Below are positions 49,124-60,620 of a DNA stretch of 64,000 bases, in pieces. The stretch is from Trichosphaerium sp. ATCC 40318 (Eukaryota > Protista > Tubulinea). The DNA lies in NCBI GenBank assembly GCA_038496445.1, contig JALMLS010000538.1, positions 124,001 to 188,000 on the forward strand. The letters are read 5' to 3'. Made by a program: the position numbers and the translations under genes. Numbering within the stretch: position 1 is the first letter of the stretch; the number at the start of each line of letters is the position of its first letter. The notes beneath the pieces were generated by a model. That model made no database searches. It worked only from the letters and a program-made list of their open reading frames with translations, and had not been told where the DNA came from.

Positions 49124-51132
49124 ATGCTGACCTCTCTTATCATTGCTCTGCTTTTCTTGGCAGGATCGACCACATGTCGCCAACCAACATATCAATCCAT
49201 GAAAGGCCATCAAGTTGTTTCTTTCACTATTGATAACGAAGAACAACTAGAAATGCTACGCGCATTGGAGGAAACCAACCAAGTGCGTAAACTAATTTTC
49301 CATAAAGAAAATTACTCAACAATGTCTAATCCGTTAAGATTGACGTATGGACACGTGATTCTAATCTAGGCATCGGCCCTAACGACGTCAGGATACCATC
49401 TGTATGAGAATACGTTAAATGTTTATTAAAACGCCAAATAGGACTCTGTGGCACTTGACAAGCTACGTAGTATGGGTATAACCCCACACGTGGTTGTACA
49501 AGATGTAAACACTCTTTTGGAAAAGGAGATGGCTAGTTTTACACGCAACAGTACGAGCTAGACGCTAATGAATAGTGACCTTAACACACTTTCAGTATCT
49601 TTCGATGATAGCAAAAATGATTGGTTTACTGAGTACCACAGATATGAAGAGATCGTACAGAGGTATCAACTGTATCATAGTCATGTTCTCATCGTTTTAA
49701 GGCTTCAATTTCTTGAGGCAAAGTACCCAACTTGGGTGACGTTTGTACCATCTATAGGTCCTACTTTTGAAGGAGAAGTACGGTTTATTAGTTATTAACG
49801 TTGCTTATTATCACTAGGGTATACGTGCTTTAAAAATAAGTACTGGAGGGACTGGAAAAAACAACTTCTTGAGCAACGTAATTGAAAGAAAAAAAAATAG
49901 GTTTCTGCAGTGTCAGTTTTTTCACTATCCTTTAGGGATGTATTCACGCGCGCGAATGGATATCTCCTGCTACCATCATGTTTATCATTGAAACATTTGT
50001 ACGAAAACATAAATCACGTGATAATAGACGCGCATCCTAACTTGGACGTAAAGCTAGAAAAATTAGCTGAAAATGATCCAGAAGCGATAAGTATACTTGA
50101 CAAAGTAAACTTACTGTTCGTACCCGTTTTGAATGTTGACGGTGAGCTTATTTTTTTGAAATGTCACAAATTTTGCGTCTTTTTTTTTTTTGATTGGTGT
50201 TTAGGATACAAATATACTTGGGACACTAACAGAATGTGGCGTAAATCGAGGAACATAAACGTAGGTTCAACTGCAAGAGGTGTTGATTTGAACAGAAACT
50301 TTGGTGAGTAATCTATTTTTAACTACCACTTTCTTCTTGTTACTAAAGAAAATCAGATAATAACTGGGGTGGTCCTGGTAGCTCTCCTAATCCAAGTTCT
50401 GATACATACCGTGGTGCTAGTGCTGCATCTGAGCCTGAGACAAACGCGCTTGTTAACTTTTATAATGATAACGTACATCCTTGTTTCAAACTACCTTGTC
50501 TCACTAAACAAATAGCAACCCGTTTCAATGACCATTGATTGGCATAGTTACAGTCAGTACATTCTTAGACCATGGGCATGGGTACGATAAACACTTACTT
50601 TTCTATCTTAGTATTCTATAGACTAGAACACCTTCAGATTGTGAGGAAAAATGCGCTTCAGTTTCAAATGAAGTACGTACAATTTATAAAACCGATTGCG
50701 TTTTCCACAAGAGAAAATCACGTGTTGGGGAAAAAAAACGTGATACTTTGACAGCCTAGGAACTCGCCGTGATTCGCGTACTAGTTGTCAAATACTTACT
50801 GCCTTTTTTATAAGATGGCAGCAGTTATACGTGCTGAGTCTGGTAAAGTATACAACGCTGGTATTTGGTACACCCTTTTGTATCCTTCCAGTGGTACAGT
50901 ACAAGACTATTGCTATGCCGAGAGTACTTCACCTTCATCTGATGCAGTTGGATACACTGTGGAGCTAAGACCAACGTCAAGCAACCCAGGTACGTATATT
51001 TTTTCTTCCATTTTGTTTTGCTCTGTTTCCTGATGTGTTGGATTAGGATTTGTTCTTCCTGCAAGCGAGATTATTCCAACGGGTGAAGAGAACTACGAAG
51101 GTTTTATTGTAGCTGCAAAGGCTGCTGCATAA
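49124..51132 (+). CDS. Zinc carboxypeptidase, M14A family, with prodomain (spliced)
   Basis: Signal peptide; WFTEYHRYEEI, GIHAREWISPA, VPVLNVDG, NRMWRKSR, GVDLNRNF, SEPET, DWHSYSQ, YTVELRP, GFVLPASEIIPTGEE. Confidence 0.93.
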
Positions 51133-51387
51133 ATAATCAACAATAAACTTTTCTAAAACGCAATCCTTGCAAGGTTTTAGTAATGTTTATTTAAATTTAG
51201 TTACATTAGTACTTTAGTAGATCCTCACGGACTTAATATTACATATGGTTGTCTTGGTATCTTATAAACTGGACGCGTTCTGACTGTGTGAATCCAAGCT
51301 CTTTCATGAGCTTACCTGTGATATCCTGCAACCGAACTAGGAAAACACTAGTTGTTTCAAAAAATCTTGTTTTGTCCACTGCCTTTT

Positions 51388-51812
51388 ATATGAGTATGGC
51401 GTTATCACAATCAGGTCATGTTTATTTGAGTAAAATTCGGTCCTTTTATGATACCTTTACCCTAACCAAGAGTCCCACACGTGAGGTTCATGTCCAAAAG
51501 AAAATGCTAGTCCTGACTTGATGAGAGTAAACATGATAAAGAACAATAGCAATATCAGTGGCCTCTGAGACGCTCGGAACACGTGAAATTGTGTTAGGTT
51601 TCAAGAATAATGATTTATGAGTACGTTTGTCTCTTGTTGTTCCCAAAGGAATACGTGCCCTGTTGATGCCACTGCTCCACTTATAAAACTGTTGGATTGA
51701 ATTTTGAACATTTTGAACCACAAATTGTCTCGTTGAATGAATGTCTCAATCCATTGGTTGCATTGTCTCCTTGAGTAAACATGACCTGATTATGATAATG
51801 CCATACTCATAT
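51388..51812. repeat. 37-bp inverted repeat (51388-51424 / 51776-51812): inverted duplicate of one RCC1 blade
   Basis: 35/37 identical; plus-strand copy reads YMSMALSQSGHVY, minus-strand copy HMSMALS*SGHVY. Confidence 0.85.
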
Positions 51813-52110
51813 GTTAGGCGGTTACTTGAGTGATTTTTTTGAGTTGGAACACGTGTTGGAAGTGCCCCGGACCAATTCGCCCATTAAATTACGACCCATG
51901 AATAAACAATACCATTTGCGTCTAGCGTGCGCTGTGATTGCGTCAGCAGCAATACTGACGATATTTAAAGGTGATTTATTGATGTGGCGATAGCATTCTG
52001 TTTTTCGTCTGTATTACCCAATTGTCTGTATTGTTTCGTCCCCTCGTGTAAACAAGCCATCGTCATGCGATTACCATCGAATGTTCTAAACCAGCGGCCA
52101 AACGGCTACC
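51600..52110 (-). pseudogene. Degenerate RCC1-repeat gene fragment (stops and frameshifts, no introns seen)
   Basis: Across frameshifts: LAAGLEHSMVIA*..LVYTRGRNN..QLG; VSIAA..NHS..LDANGIVYSW-GRN..GEL; KITQVTA*HMSMALS*SGHVYS; GAVASTGHVFPW. These are consecutive RCC1 blades with in-frame TAA/TGA. Confidence 0.7.
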
Positions 52111-52330
52111 ATACTATAAATTAACATCCCTTGCCTTGCGGTTGGGCCACTCGCGGGAGAAATGAAGAATAAGACCTTGACGGCAAGAAAAAACTTATTC
52201 GTATCACGTGAGAAGAGATAAGGCGGTTCTAAATGAAGAACATTTTGGTTTTTTATAAATTGTGGCTTAATGGTTATTGCGTGTAGTCACTTAACTCAAA
52301 GTAACTACGTGCCTGTTTTAGTCTACCAGA

Positions 52331-53059
52331 ATGTTCAAGTCTCCCGACACTATCCTATCTAAGGTATTAGAATCATTCTAATCATGAACGAAGTATCTTA
52401 TAATGAGTGAATAGGAATTTACTTTACAAGATGATTGCTATCTACTACACCTTCCAGTTGAGCTTCAGCTTACAATTATCGATTTGGGCTTGTCAGTGTA
52501 TTTATGTTGGCCACTTCTTTCAAAGCAAGCTGCAACTGCAATAAGGTTTGATGCTGAGTTAAAGAAGCACGGGAAATGGCAAAAAACACTCAATAACAAA
52601 CTTGTAGAGCAAGAGTATTGGTATCATGGTCTACAACACGGAGAATGTACTCATTGGTACTCTACTGGGCAATTGCATAAGCAATATACTTATAGCAATG
52701 GTGAGATAGAAGGAGAACACAATGTGTGGTACAAAAGTGGTCAACTGTGCGAGCAGTGTAATTACGTCAAGGGAAACCTAGAAGGAGAACGTAAAGAATG
52801 GTATAGAAATAGTCGACTGTATAGCCAAGGGTACTTCATGCATGGCTTGCGAGAAGGAGAATACAGGATGTGGTATGGAACTGGGCAGTTGTGGTGCCAG
52901 GGTAATTACGTCAAGGAAAAAAAAGAAGGAGTACACAGGGAATGGTATAGAGATGGTGGACTGTCTAGCCGGTGTAGCTACGTTAATGGTATGACTCACG
53001 ATTATTGGAAGTGGTGTAAAGATGTCCAATCAAAGGGCCAAGTTGTCAATAAAGTTTGA
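52331..53059 (+). CDS. F-box-like N-terminus + MORN-variant repeat protein (one 5' intron, 52364-52414)
   Basis: MFKSPDTILSK / EFTLQDDCYLLHLPVELQLTIIDL...WPLLSK...RFDAELKKHGKWQ; repeats GE.xxWYxxGQL; clear paralog of 36029-36763. Confidence 0.8.
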
Positions 53060-53456
53060 GGTAACGTGCGTTACAATACACCTATTCCAAAACGGATCAT
53101 TTAACAGCGTATGTCCTAAAAGCTACAATAGCCTAAACTTTGTACAAATAAAGGAGATATTGGTTGTGGTAAAAATAAAACTGTCAAGTAATCAAAAAAA
53201 AAAAAAAGTTGCTACAGTCAGTGACACCGTAAACAACAACGCACATGCGTGTCTTTGTTATTTTGAATTTAATTGCTAGCGCAAGCCACAACATTTAAGT
53301 TTGTCCGAGCGCTATTTTCAAGGTTAACAAGAGGCTTGACATACACATTAATCCGACACAAAACGGTATTTTCTGTTCAAGTCTCACGTGGAAATTTAAG
53401 GTCACCTTAAAATTTAGTGTAAGACCCTGCCAGTACAGCACATACGCCAAAATAAA

Positions 53457-54200
53457 ATGTCCAGTGGTCTGGTTAAGCTTAATATAGGCGGTAAGAAGTT
53501 TGTTACAACAGAAAAGACAATAGCTTCGCGAGGAGACAATATTTTAACAAACCTTTTGAAAAAAAAGAAGGAGGACTTGACGTTAGACGAAGAAGGCTCT
53601 ATATTTATAGACAGATCTCCGGAAGATTTTGCAGTCATACTAAGATATTTAAGAACCGGTGTAGTCCATGTACCTCCTAATCTATCTAAACCTGCTCTCC
53701 GAGACGAATTTAAGTTCTTTCAAATCAAAACCGACTACTTCTTTCTTGGAGAACTCAGCGACGCGCTATGGGAGTGTACGACGTACCAGATGGCTAAAAA
53801 ATGGCTTGATCAGGACGTATGGCCTGTTATGCTTAAAACAGCAACGAATCACGTGAACAGTAAGACGATAACACGTGCCGTACAAAGCCCTTACGCCTTT
53901 ACTAAACCGAGTGTTGTTACTGGAAATTTCAGTCTCGACAAATGCCATGCTATGGCTCTTCCTTCACGTGATCAATTACCAAGCATACTCGCTGCAATGA
54001 AGCAATGGTTATACAGGACGCGTGGGATGGACTGTACTTTCGTATACGATCAAAAATACAGCCCTGGACGCTTCACCTTTATGTTCGATATTAGTCAGTT
54101 CTACATGAAACAAGACCCTCTATCGCTCGTTCATGATCAATCTTCACAAGCATTAAGAGTAAAGCAAACGCCTTACATCAAAGACAGAAAGGAGATCTAA
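53457..54200 (+). CDS. BTB/POZ (KCTD/T1-type) domain protein, intronless
   Basis: LVKLNIGGKKFVTTEKTI...DEEGSIFIDRSPEDFAVILRYLRTG...LRDEFKFFQI. Confidence 0.9.
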   Translation: MSSGLVKLNIGGKKFVTTEKTIASRGDNILTNLLKKKKEDLTLDEEGSIFIDRSPEDFAVILRYLRTGVVHVPPNLSKPALRDEFKFFQIKTDYFFLGELSDALWECTTYQMAKKWLDQDVWPVMLKTATNHVNSKTITRAVQSPYAFTKPSVVTGNFSLDKCHAMALPSRDQLPSILAAMKQWLYRTRGMDCTFVYDQKYSPGRFTFMFDISQFYMKQDPLSLVHDQSSQALRVKQTPYIKDRKEI

Positions 54201-54512
54201 ATAAAGAACCACGACAAGAGCATCAGGCACCAAAGCGTTGTATAATAATAAAAAAACTCTATTCTAATATGAAAACTACACTTTGATTAAGCTCACGTGC
54301 CAGGAAACGGTTTTTTTGTCAAACAAAATTGAATTCTTGTCAACAACAAGCTGCGAAATACTAAGATAAAAAGTACAAAAACAACAGCGCGAGCAATCCA
54401 ACCTAAGGTTTTTTTTGGAACAATTGCGAATGACTTGATTTGATGTCGCTGTCTTTTATTTTGGTCAAGCTTCGTTCTCAATAGAGAAGCAGCTGGTTAT
54501 CCTTTAAACAAA

Positions 54513-55721
54513 ATGAGCCTAAAGCTTCCAAGTCCTAACAACCCAAACGACAAGACTTGTGGTTTTTGGAGCCTTCCCAACGAAACATGTATAGAAATAC
54601 TCTCCAACGTTTCTCACAAAGATATTTTGGCGTTAGCAACAACTTGCGGCAGTATGAACGCTATTTGTAACTCAAACTTTATTTGGAGCAAGATGTACTC
54701 CAAAACGTTTCCATTATCCTTCTGGTTCCATAAAAATCAGAAAACCAAAGTGACAGAGCCAGAATCATGGAAGGAAGCAACTAAAGAGGGTTTTAAAATG
54801 AGAAAAAAGTTTTTCGTTGAACACAGAACAACGACTTTCAAAACAGAGCCTATAGCCTTTCCAGGTGTAGGCGGCTGGGTCAATGACTTAAGAATAGATC
54901 CATACAACAAGAGCAGGGTTTTGCTTTGTGGTGGACTTACAGCAACACAAAACAAAAAAGGCTTTTTGATGTTCCAAGAAAATTCCTCAGCAACTTACTT
55001 TACACATCCAAACTTCTGCTTGGGTAGATCATGTGCTGTTGGAAAGGATATAGTAGTAGCTGGTATAACAGAGGGAATCATTATTTGGAATAAAGACGGA
55101 AAAGTATCCTCATTTACTGAGCTTGGTAAAAAACAGCATCCGAGAGGAATATGCTTTGTTGATGATAAATCTCTTGCCTATGGAATTTCAGACAGTGTTG
55201 GTACAATGCATACATATAACCTTGACAATGTAAAGATATTTGATATACCTACATTACGTGTAAGAACTGAATTCGAGGGGCATAAATCAGGTATATATTC
55301 AGTACGAACATCAGTAAGTGGAAGCCTTATTGTATCATCAAACTCAAAAACAACAAAAGTTTGGGATGAAAGGTCAGGACCAAAGGCAGTGTTAACACTC
55401 AAAGATTTATCAAATGTAAGCTCACTTATAGATAATATAGTAGGCGGGGCGGGTGTTTTTCATGTAAGCATAGTAGACATTAGAATGCCTGACAAGCCTT
55501 TTTTCAGAAGAAAAACTGAACGAAATTACTATTCAAAGTCAGTTCAAATCGATGCTATGAAGCTTGTTTATGGTAGTGGTCCAAATGGTGTAAGTATTTT
55601 TGACTTAGCAGATCCTTGGCATAATCGCGGTTTTATTAAAGGAAATTGTTATAAGCTGGATACAACACTTGAAAAGATTGTTACACTTCATGAAAAGAAG
55701 CTGGGTTTTGTTGAAATATAA
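54513..55721 (+). CDS. F-box + WD40-repeat protein, intronless
   Basis: SLPNETCIEILSNVSHKDILALATTCGSMNAICNSNFIWSKMY (F-box); FEGHKSGIYSV...TKVWD, VKIFD, SIFD (WD40). Confidence 0.88.
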   Translation: MSLKLPSPNNPNDKTCGFWSLPNETCIEILSNVSHKDILALATTCGSMNAICNSNFIWSKMYSKTFPLSFWFHKNQKTKVTEPESWKEATKEGFKMRKKFFVEHRTTTFKTEPIAFPGVGGWVNDLRIDPYNKSRVLLCGGLTATQNKKGFLMFQENSSATYFTHPNFCLGRSCAVGKDIVVAGITEGIIIWNKDGKVSSFTELGKKQHPRGICFVDDKSLAYGISDSVGTMHTYNLDNVKIFDIPTLRVRTEFEGHKSGIYSVRTSVSGSLIVSSNSKTTKVWDERSGPKAVLTLKDLSNVSSLIDNIVGGAGVFHVSIVDIRMPDKPFFRRKTERNYYSKSVQIDAMKLVYGSGPNGVSIFDLADPWHNRGFIKGNCYKLDTTLEKIVTLHEKKLGFVEI

Positions 55722-56099
55722 TGAAGCAACAACCTCAAAAAAAGTGATCAAAGATTTGGTCACCAGCAGGAGAACAAAAGAAGTATTGTCGTTTTAGACT
55801 AGAGGTATTTTGTAATGTATTTAAAAATGAAGTTATCTGTTATCTGTTGTTGTTTTTAAAACTCATACATAGTATGGTTAGCTGAACTTATGAAACAACT
55901 GGTTTGTGTTGAAAGGTACAAACCCAAAGACAGAATGGGACCTCATTACTACTTGATTATACGCTTAGAAGTGGCTTAAAGTAAATTCAACAAGTGCTCA
56001 ATGACAAGTCTTAAAGTATAAGCAGTTGCACTTGGTGAGTTAATGGCACGTGCTCAATATTAGAATAAACACTGGTTTATGATTGTTTATTGACAACCC

Positions 56100-57847
56100 T
56101 TATTTAAGGATACAATCAACACATCTTACAATGACACTTTGACTATCTTTATCAGTATTTTGAAAACCTCCTAACCAGACTTGAATGAAATTAGTACCAA
56201 CATCCAAAAAGTTTACAGAAGTAACACGTGAAATAAAGTCGTTTGAAATTAGAGTAGTCATAACATCTTGAGTAAAAGAAAGGGCCAAGCTTGGATTTTT
56301 ATACTCCTTGAGATGACGCATAAACAAGAATACAGCGTTACCTACAAAGAACATTAAACCACCTCAAGTTAGGTACAACAAAGACACTACAAGGATCTAA
56401 ACTAGATACGCAAGAAGTGCGAGAAAAAGAAGAAAAACACAATTCATTTTGTTCAACTTTGAAAAAATACTTGGCATCTTACCGTTATAAATACCAGTAT
56501 CATATCCATTGAGAACACCGTCATGAACATCCTGCCAGTCCTCTTCGCCATCTACTAATTTAAACACACGGAATTGAGGATTGCATGTATCAGGAAACTG
56601 CTTGAAAGGCCGAATAGCTCCACCAATGTACAACGAATTATTTACACGTGCAATAGAGGGTCTATTGAACGTAAACAATTATTATCTTATACTTGAATAA
56701 ATGTGTACCTGAACAACCAATCTAAAGGCTCGGGCTGATTAGCACAGTTGGCTATACCACGAGGAATGCTTTCCCATTTATTTGCAGCAACATTTCGCTT
56801 GATAAGTCCAACTGAAGGAACATGGGTACCGTCGTCTTCTATACCAAAAGTAAACTCGCCCATGAAGTATATATCTCCATTGGAATCATCAAAGCTCGCA
56901 TCATAAACCCTTGGTGGAAATTAGTACCACCAAGAAATTTAACAAGAGAAATAAGTAAAACCAAAAAAGGCAAGTGCAACACGTGCTACGAATGATTTTT
57001 GTCTAAAAAAGGTATTTGGTCCTAAAATGACTTACCAGTGGACTTCACCAAAATTGTGGAGAGCAGAAACATCACAAGTACTTCTAACACCTTTTCCAAT
57101 ACTCGACCAATGTTTTCCATCCCATCTAGCGGTGTAACATCAGCAAAAGCAAACAAGAATCCTTTCTTTCGCCTTTTTTTTTTTTTCGTACACGCCGATT
57201 GAGCTGGCATCTCCCAAACCGAATCTTCCCACAGAAAGAATACTTCCATTGCCCATTGGGAAGGCTCGGAACATCCACGCATCGTCTGTTGCTCCCCAGC
57301 AAGGAACATTATTCTGTAAAACATCCAAACCGTCTCCCATTGATGTATACCCTTCTTTAGCGCTCCACTGAGCAGCGCCCATTGTATTAGGCACATGGTT
57401 ACCAGCGTAGGCGAACCAACCGCCCAGGAATAAGCTACCTTTACACAAAAGGCTATTAGCGCTACCAGGTAAGGAGCTAAACGTACCGTTGTTCTTTGGA
57501 TTTTGTAAAACAAGCGATGCTTGTTGTCTTGGCTCTGCTACGCCAATGCCACCGTCTAGCCCTTTAAGCGTCGACCAAGTGTTCTTTATATCGTTGTAGA
57601 GTGCCAAACCTGATGCTGGTATCGTTTGGCGATTACCGTTATCGTCTGTCCATGAAACAAAAGAAAACTGACCAGAAACAACTACATTAGGCGCTTGCTG
57701 CCCGTTTATGGTAGTGGCGGAGCCAATGAACATTCCCAATCCATTTACTACTGTACCTTCGAAAATGCCTATAGTCTCATATGTGTGTCTACAAATTACG
57801 CACGAAAGCGTTAGAATGAGTAACAACCCAACACGTGGTTTTATCAT
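56100..57847 (-). CDS. Secreted beta-propeller protein, Rax2 / galactose-oxidase-like repeats (spliced)
   Basis: Signal peptide; repeated blades VVSGQF...LALYN...WSTL..G, LFLGGWF..AG...AAQW...SMGDGL, SVGRF...WSSIGKGV, IYFMGEF, LYIGG, FFVGN, VWLGGF. Confidence 0.7.
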
Positions 57848-58706
57848 GACAAATTCTACTTTTTGTAGAGAACCAAGCTGACTTTTTTTGAAAAGGTTTG
57901 GGCTACTACTTCAGTAACTCTGAATGCCTCGTGTAGAAATATGAATACTACGAATAACACTCTACCTTTTATTGTATTTACGTGCTCAAGAATGTCTGGG
58001 TTGTTAAAGAGTGAACTATTGGATTTGAAATACTTTGAAAAAAAGAGGGTGTTTGGCATTTCTCAATGACACTTCCTAAAGTGTTTGCTCCTGTGATTGC
58101 TGGTACGCTCCCTTCCACTTCCATATCAAGTTACCACTATTACTTACAAGTATATAGTAATAAACACAGGCGTTGCTCTGGACATCTTTAAGAAGGTTGG
58201 TGATCGCAAGCTGCATTTGGGTTATTCTGTGATTTTTGCACTATCCTTGTTGGGTTCATTAAGCTTGGACCTCGTAATAATGGTATGGCTGTACTACCCG
58301 ACTATGAGTCGGACGTTGATGTGAATACGGATCATATTTAGGATGATGGAACAGCTATTGCTCTGCGCTTACTGATTCTGCCAGCAGCGATTCAATGTAA
58401 AATAAGTAACAACAAACTGCCGCGGTAATAAAACCGACAGTTCTACCATTCTGACAACACGATAAAACTCATGACGGAGTCCAGGTTTAGATCACTTTTT
58501 ACTGTTGAAAAATAGAGAAGAATTGTTTTGTCTGGTGAATGCATTTCGTAGAAATTGACAACTGCAAAAACGCGGAAAAAATTGCAAAATCAAAAGAAAA
58601 AGTCCACGTGACTTGTCAAAAAAAAGAAGAAACGTTACGATCAACTGAAGTCAAACGAACTATGAATTATCCCAAGGTTTCATCTCATACTCAAAGCATA
58701 ATTGTA

Positions 58707-60427
58707 ATGGCTGAATTTACAATTCACGGTTTGTCAAAGCAATTAAGTTGTTTTTCTAAGAAATAGCTATAGACCTTCCTGTTGAGATCTACGATCGTAT
58801 TTTTAGCGAAGCAGTGGGTTCTTCGTCCACTTTAGCTGGTTTATTACCATTGCGGCTTGTTTCACGTAAATTTGAATGGGCGGTATCATCAATGCGCTTG
58901 TGGCAGGTATGACATAATTATTATCAACTTGCAGCTTCAAAATACAATCGTCAGTAATTCACTTAAACATGTCAACAAAAATTAACGACCTATTTTTACA
59001 GGACTTGACGAACAAATACGAGTGGAAACATAAAATAACCTTCCGAGGCAGCGTCAAAAAAATGATCGGACACAAGCAATTGGTAAGCACTTAATAGTAG
59101 AATCCCAACAAATTCTTTCTTTTTATTAAGTACTGACATCAATGATAAAAGATCTATGCACTTGTTCATGACCACGAAGATACTGCCAATACTTGTAAAA
59201 TACACGTGATAGATACAGAAAAATCATGTATTGTTAAGACAATCCCTCTTGACTTTTTATATGTCACCATGTTCGAACGCAATGATTTATTGGATGATGA
59301 CTTGCATTTAAGTATGACTAGTCTATTTTTTTTAATGTTACTTATGACAGTTGGTATTTATTATCAGGAACAAACCAATCTCCTTTATGACATTGACTTG
59401 GATACTGGAAAGATACATAAATTTATTGTTCAGCATCAAAGTTATCCGTTAAAGGTAAGTTTTTTTTTGTTTTTTTTTTTTGAATGTGTACTCTGACTTC
59501 ATTTTTTTTTAGCATGCTATCATGTCTAAATCGGGTGCAATTACTTTGTATTACAGTAATTTACCCTATTTACCCTATTATGGTACTATGCATGTTATAA
59601 ATTTTCAAGATCCACAACAACGCAGTGTCCATTTGGCAAGGCAATTACAAAATAGTGGTACTTGTATAGGTGTTGGTACATTGGCAAATAATTCTGTGGC
59701 GGTTGTATTATCTCTTTGCACTTTATGCTTGGAATCACCAACACAAGTTTTCAAAAAAGCAAAGAAGTGTAGACATGCAGAACCAGCTTTAGCTGGGATT
59801 GCAACACCAGAAGGAGATGTGTTGTTATTTTATAACGATAATACTAAGATATCAAAGTTGTACGAAAACTTCGATAAGGTATTCTATCATTCGGGTTTCT
59901 TTCCTTCTTTTGACCTTTTTTCATATGGAGTGCTTCTCTGACAAAAAGACAACGAACTGTTTGACCATATAGTTAATGATGAACTGTCGAAATTCTTTTT
60001 TCTTGGAACTCTATTATTTTTTGTTTCGTGATTTTTCAATTGCTATTTTTGGTCTTTGATTGCTTCATGTTGATAACGAAAAATTTGCCAAAATATACAG
60101 CTAGCACTGGTTACGCTATTATTTTCTCTTTTCTCACTTTTGGATTTCTAGTATGTCACAATAGCGATTCAAGGAAACGATAATATAAAGGGAAAATATT
60201 CAGCAGCTGTAGTGCTAAAAAACAATCTTTTCGCTTGTTTTGGAGAAGCAACTTATAAAAAGGTAACCGGGCAAGTAAAGCATCAAGAACGTCATACAAC
60301 ACATCTTTATCAAATGGAATCAGTTGGCAGCTTTTATGAGAGTGCAACTGAAACGCTAAAGAATCATAAACAAGACATGGAAGTGTTACGGAATCTTTTT
60401 GGAGATGACAGTGACGACGATTACTAA
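58707..60427 (+). CDS. F-box domain protein (spliced; internal exons partly uncertain)
   Basis: DLPVEIYDRIFSEAV...LLPLRLVSRKFEWAVSSMRLW F-box; downstream exons at ~59150-59880 and 60160-60427 ending in DDSDDDY*. Confidence 0.65.
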
Positions 60428-60620
60428 ATTAATGTAAACTAAAAGACCTATTCGCCTTACACCTAAGTGCATATTATCTCGTTGTAATGGAAACAACACA
60501 TTGCGGCAAGAGAGTCTGAGTTTCATATTTATTGCATTTTGAAAAATCAGAAGCGGTTTTTGTATTGTTTGACCATTCGAATTGTTCATCAGTTAGGGCA
60601 GCTAGAATAAATTTACATAT

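Noticed and set aside
51388-51812. Inverted repeat interpreted as MITE termini
   Set aside because: Both arms translate as RCC1 blade sequence and no target-site duplication is evident.
51600-52110. In-frame TAA at a Gln position suggesting a ciliate-like genetic code
   Set aside because: The same region also has frameshifts and TGA, and intact genes in the window end at TAA and TAG normally.
52403-52414. Apparent premature TAG (ATG AGT GAA TAG) suggesting a pseudogene or stop-codon reassignment
   Set aside because: The TAG is the acceptor of a normal 51-nt intron (52364-52414) joining an upstream ATG at 52331 in frame.
57856-58650. Short ORFs between the propeller and F-box genes
   Set aside because: No recognisable motif or consistent splice model; may be decayed sequence but cannot be supported.
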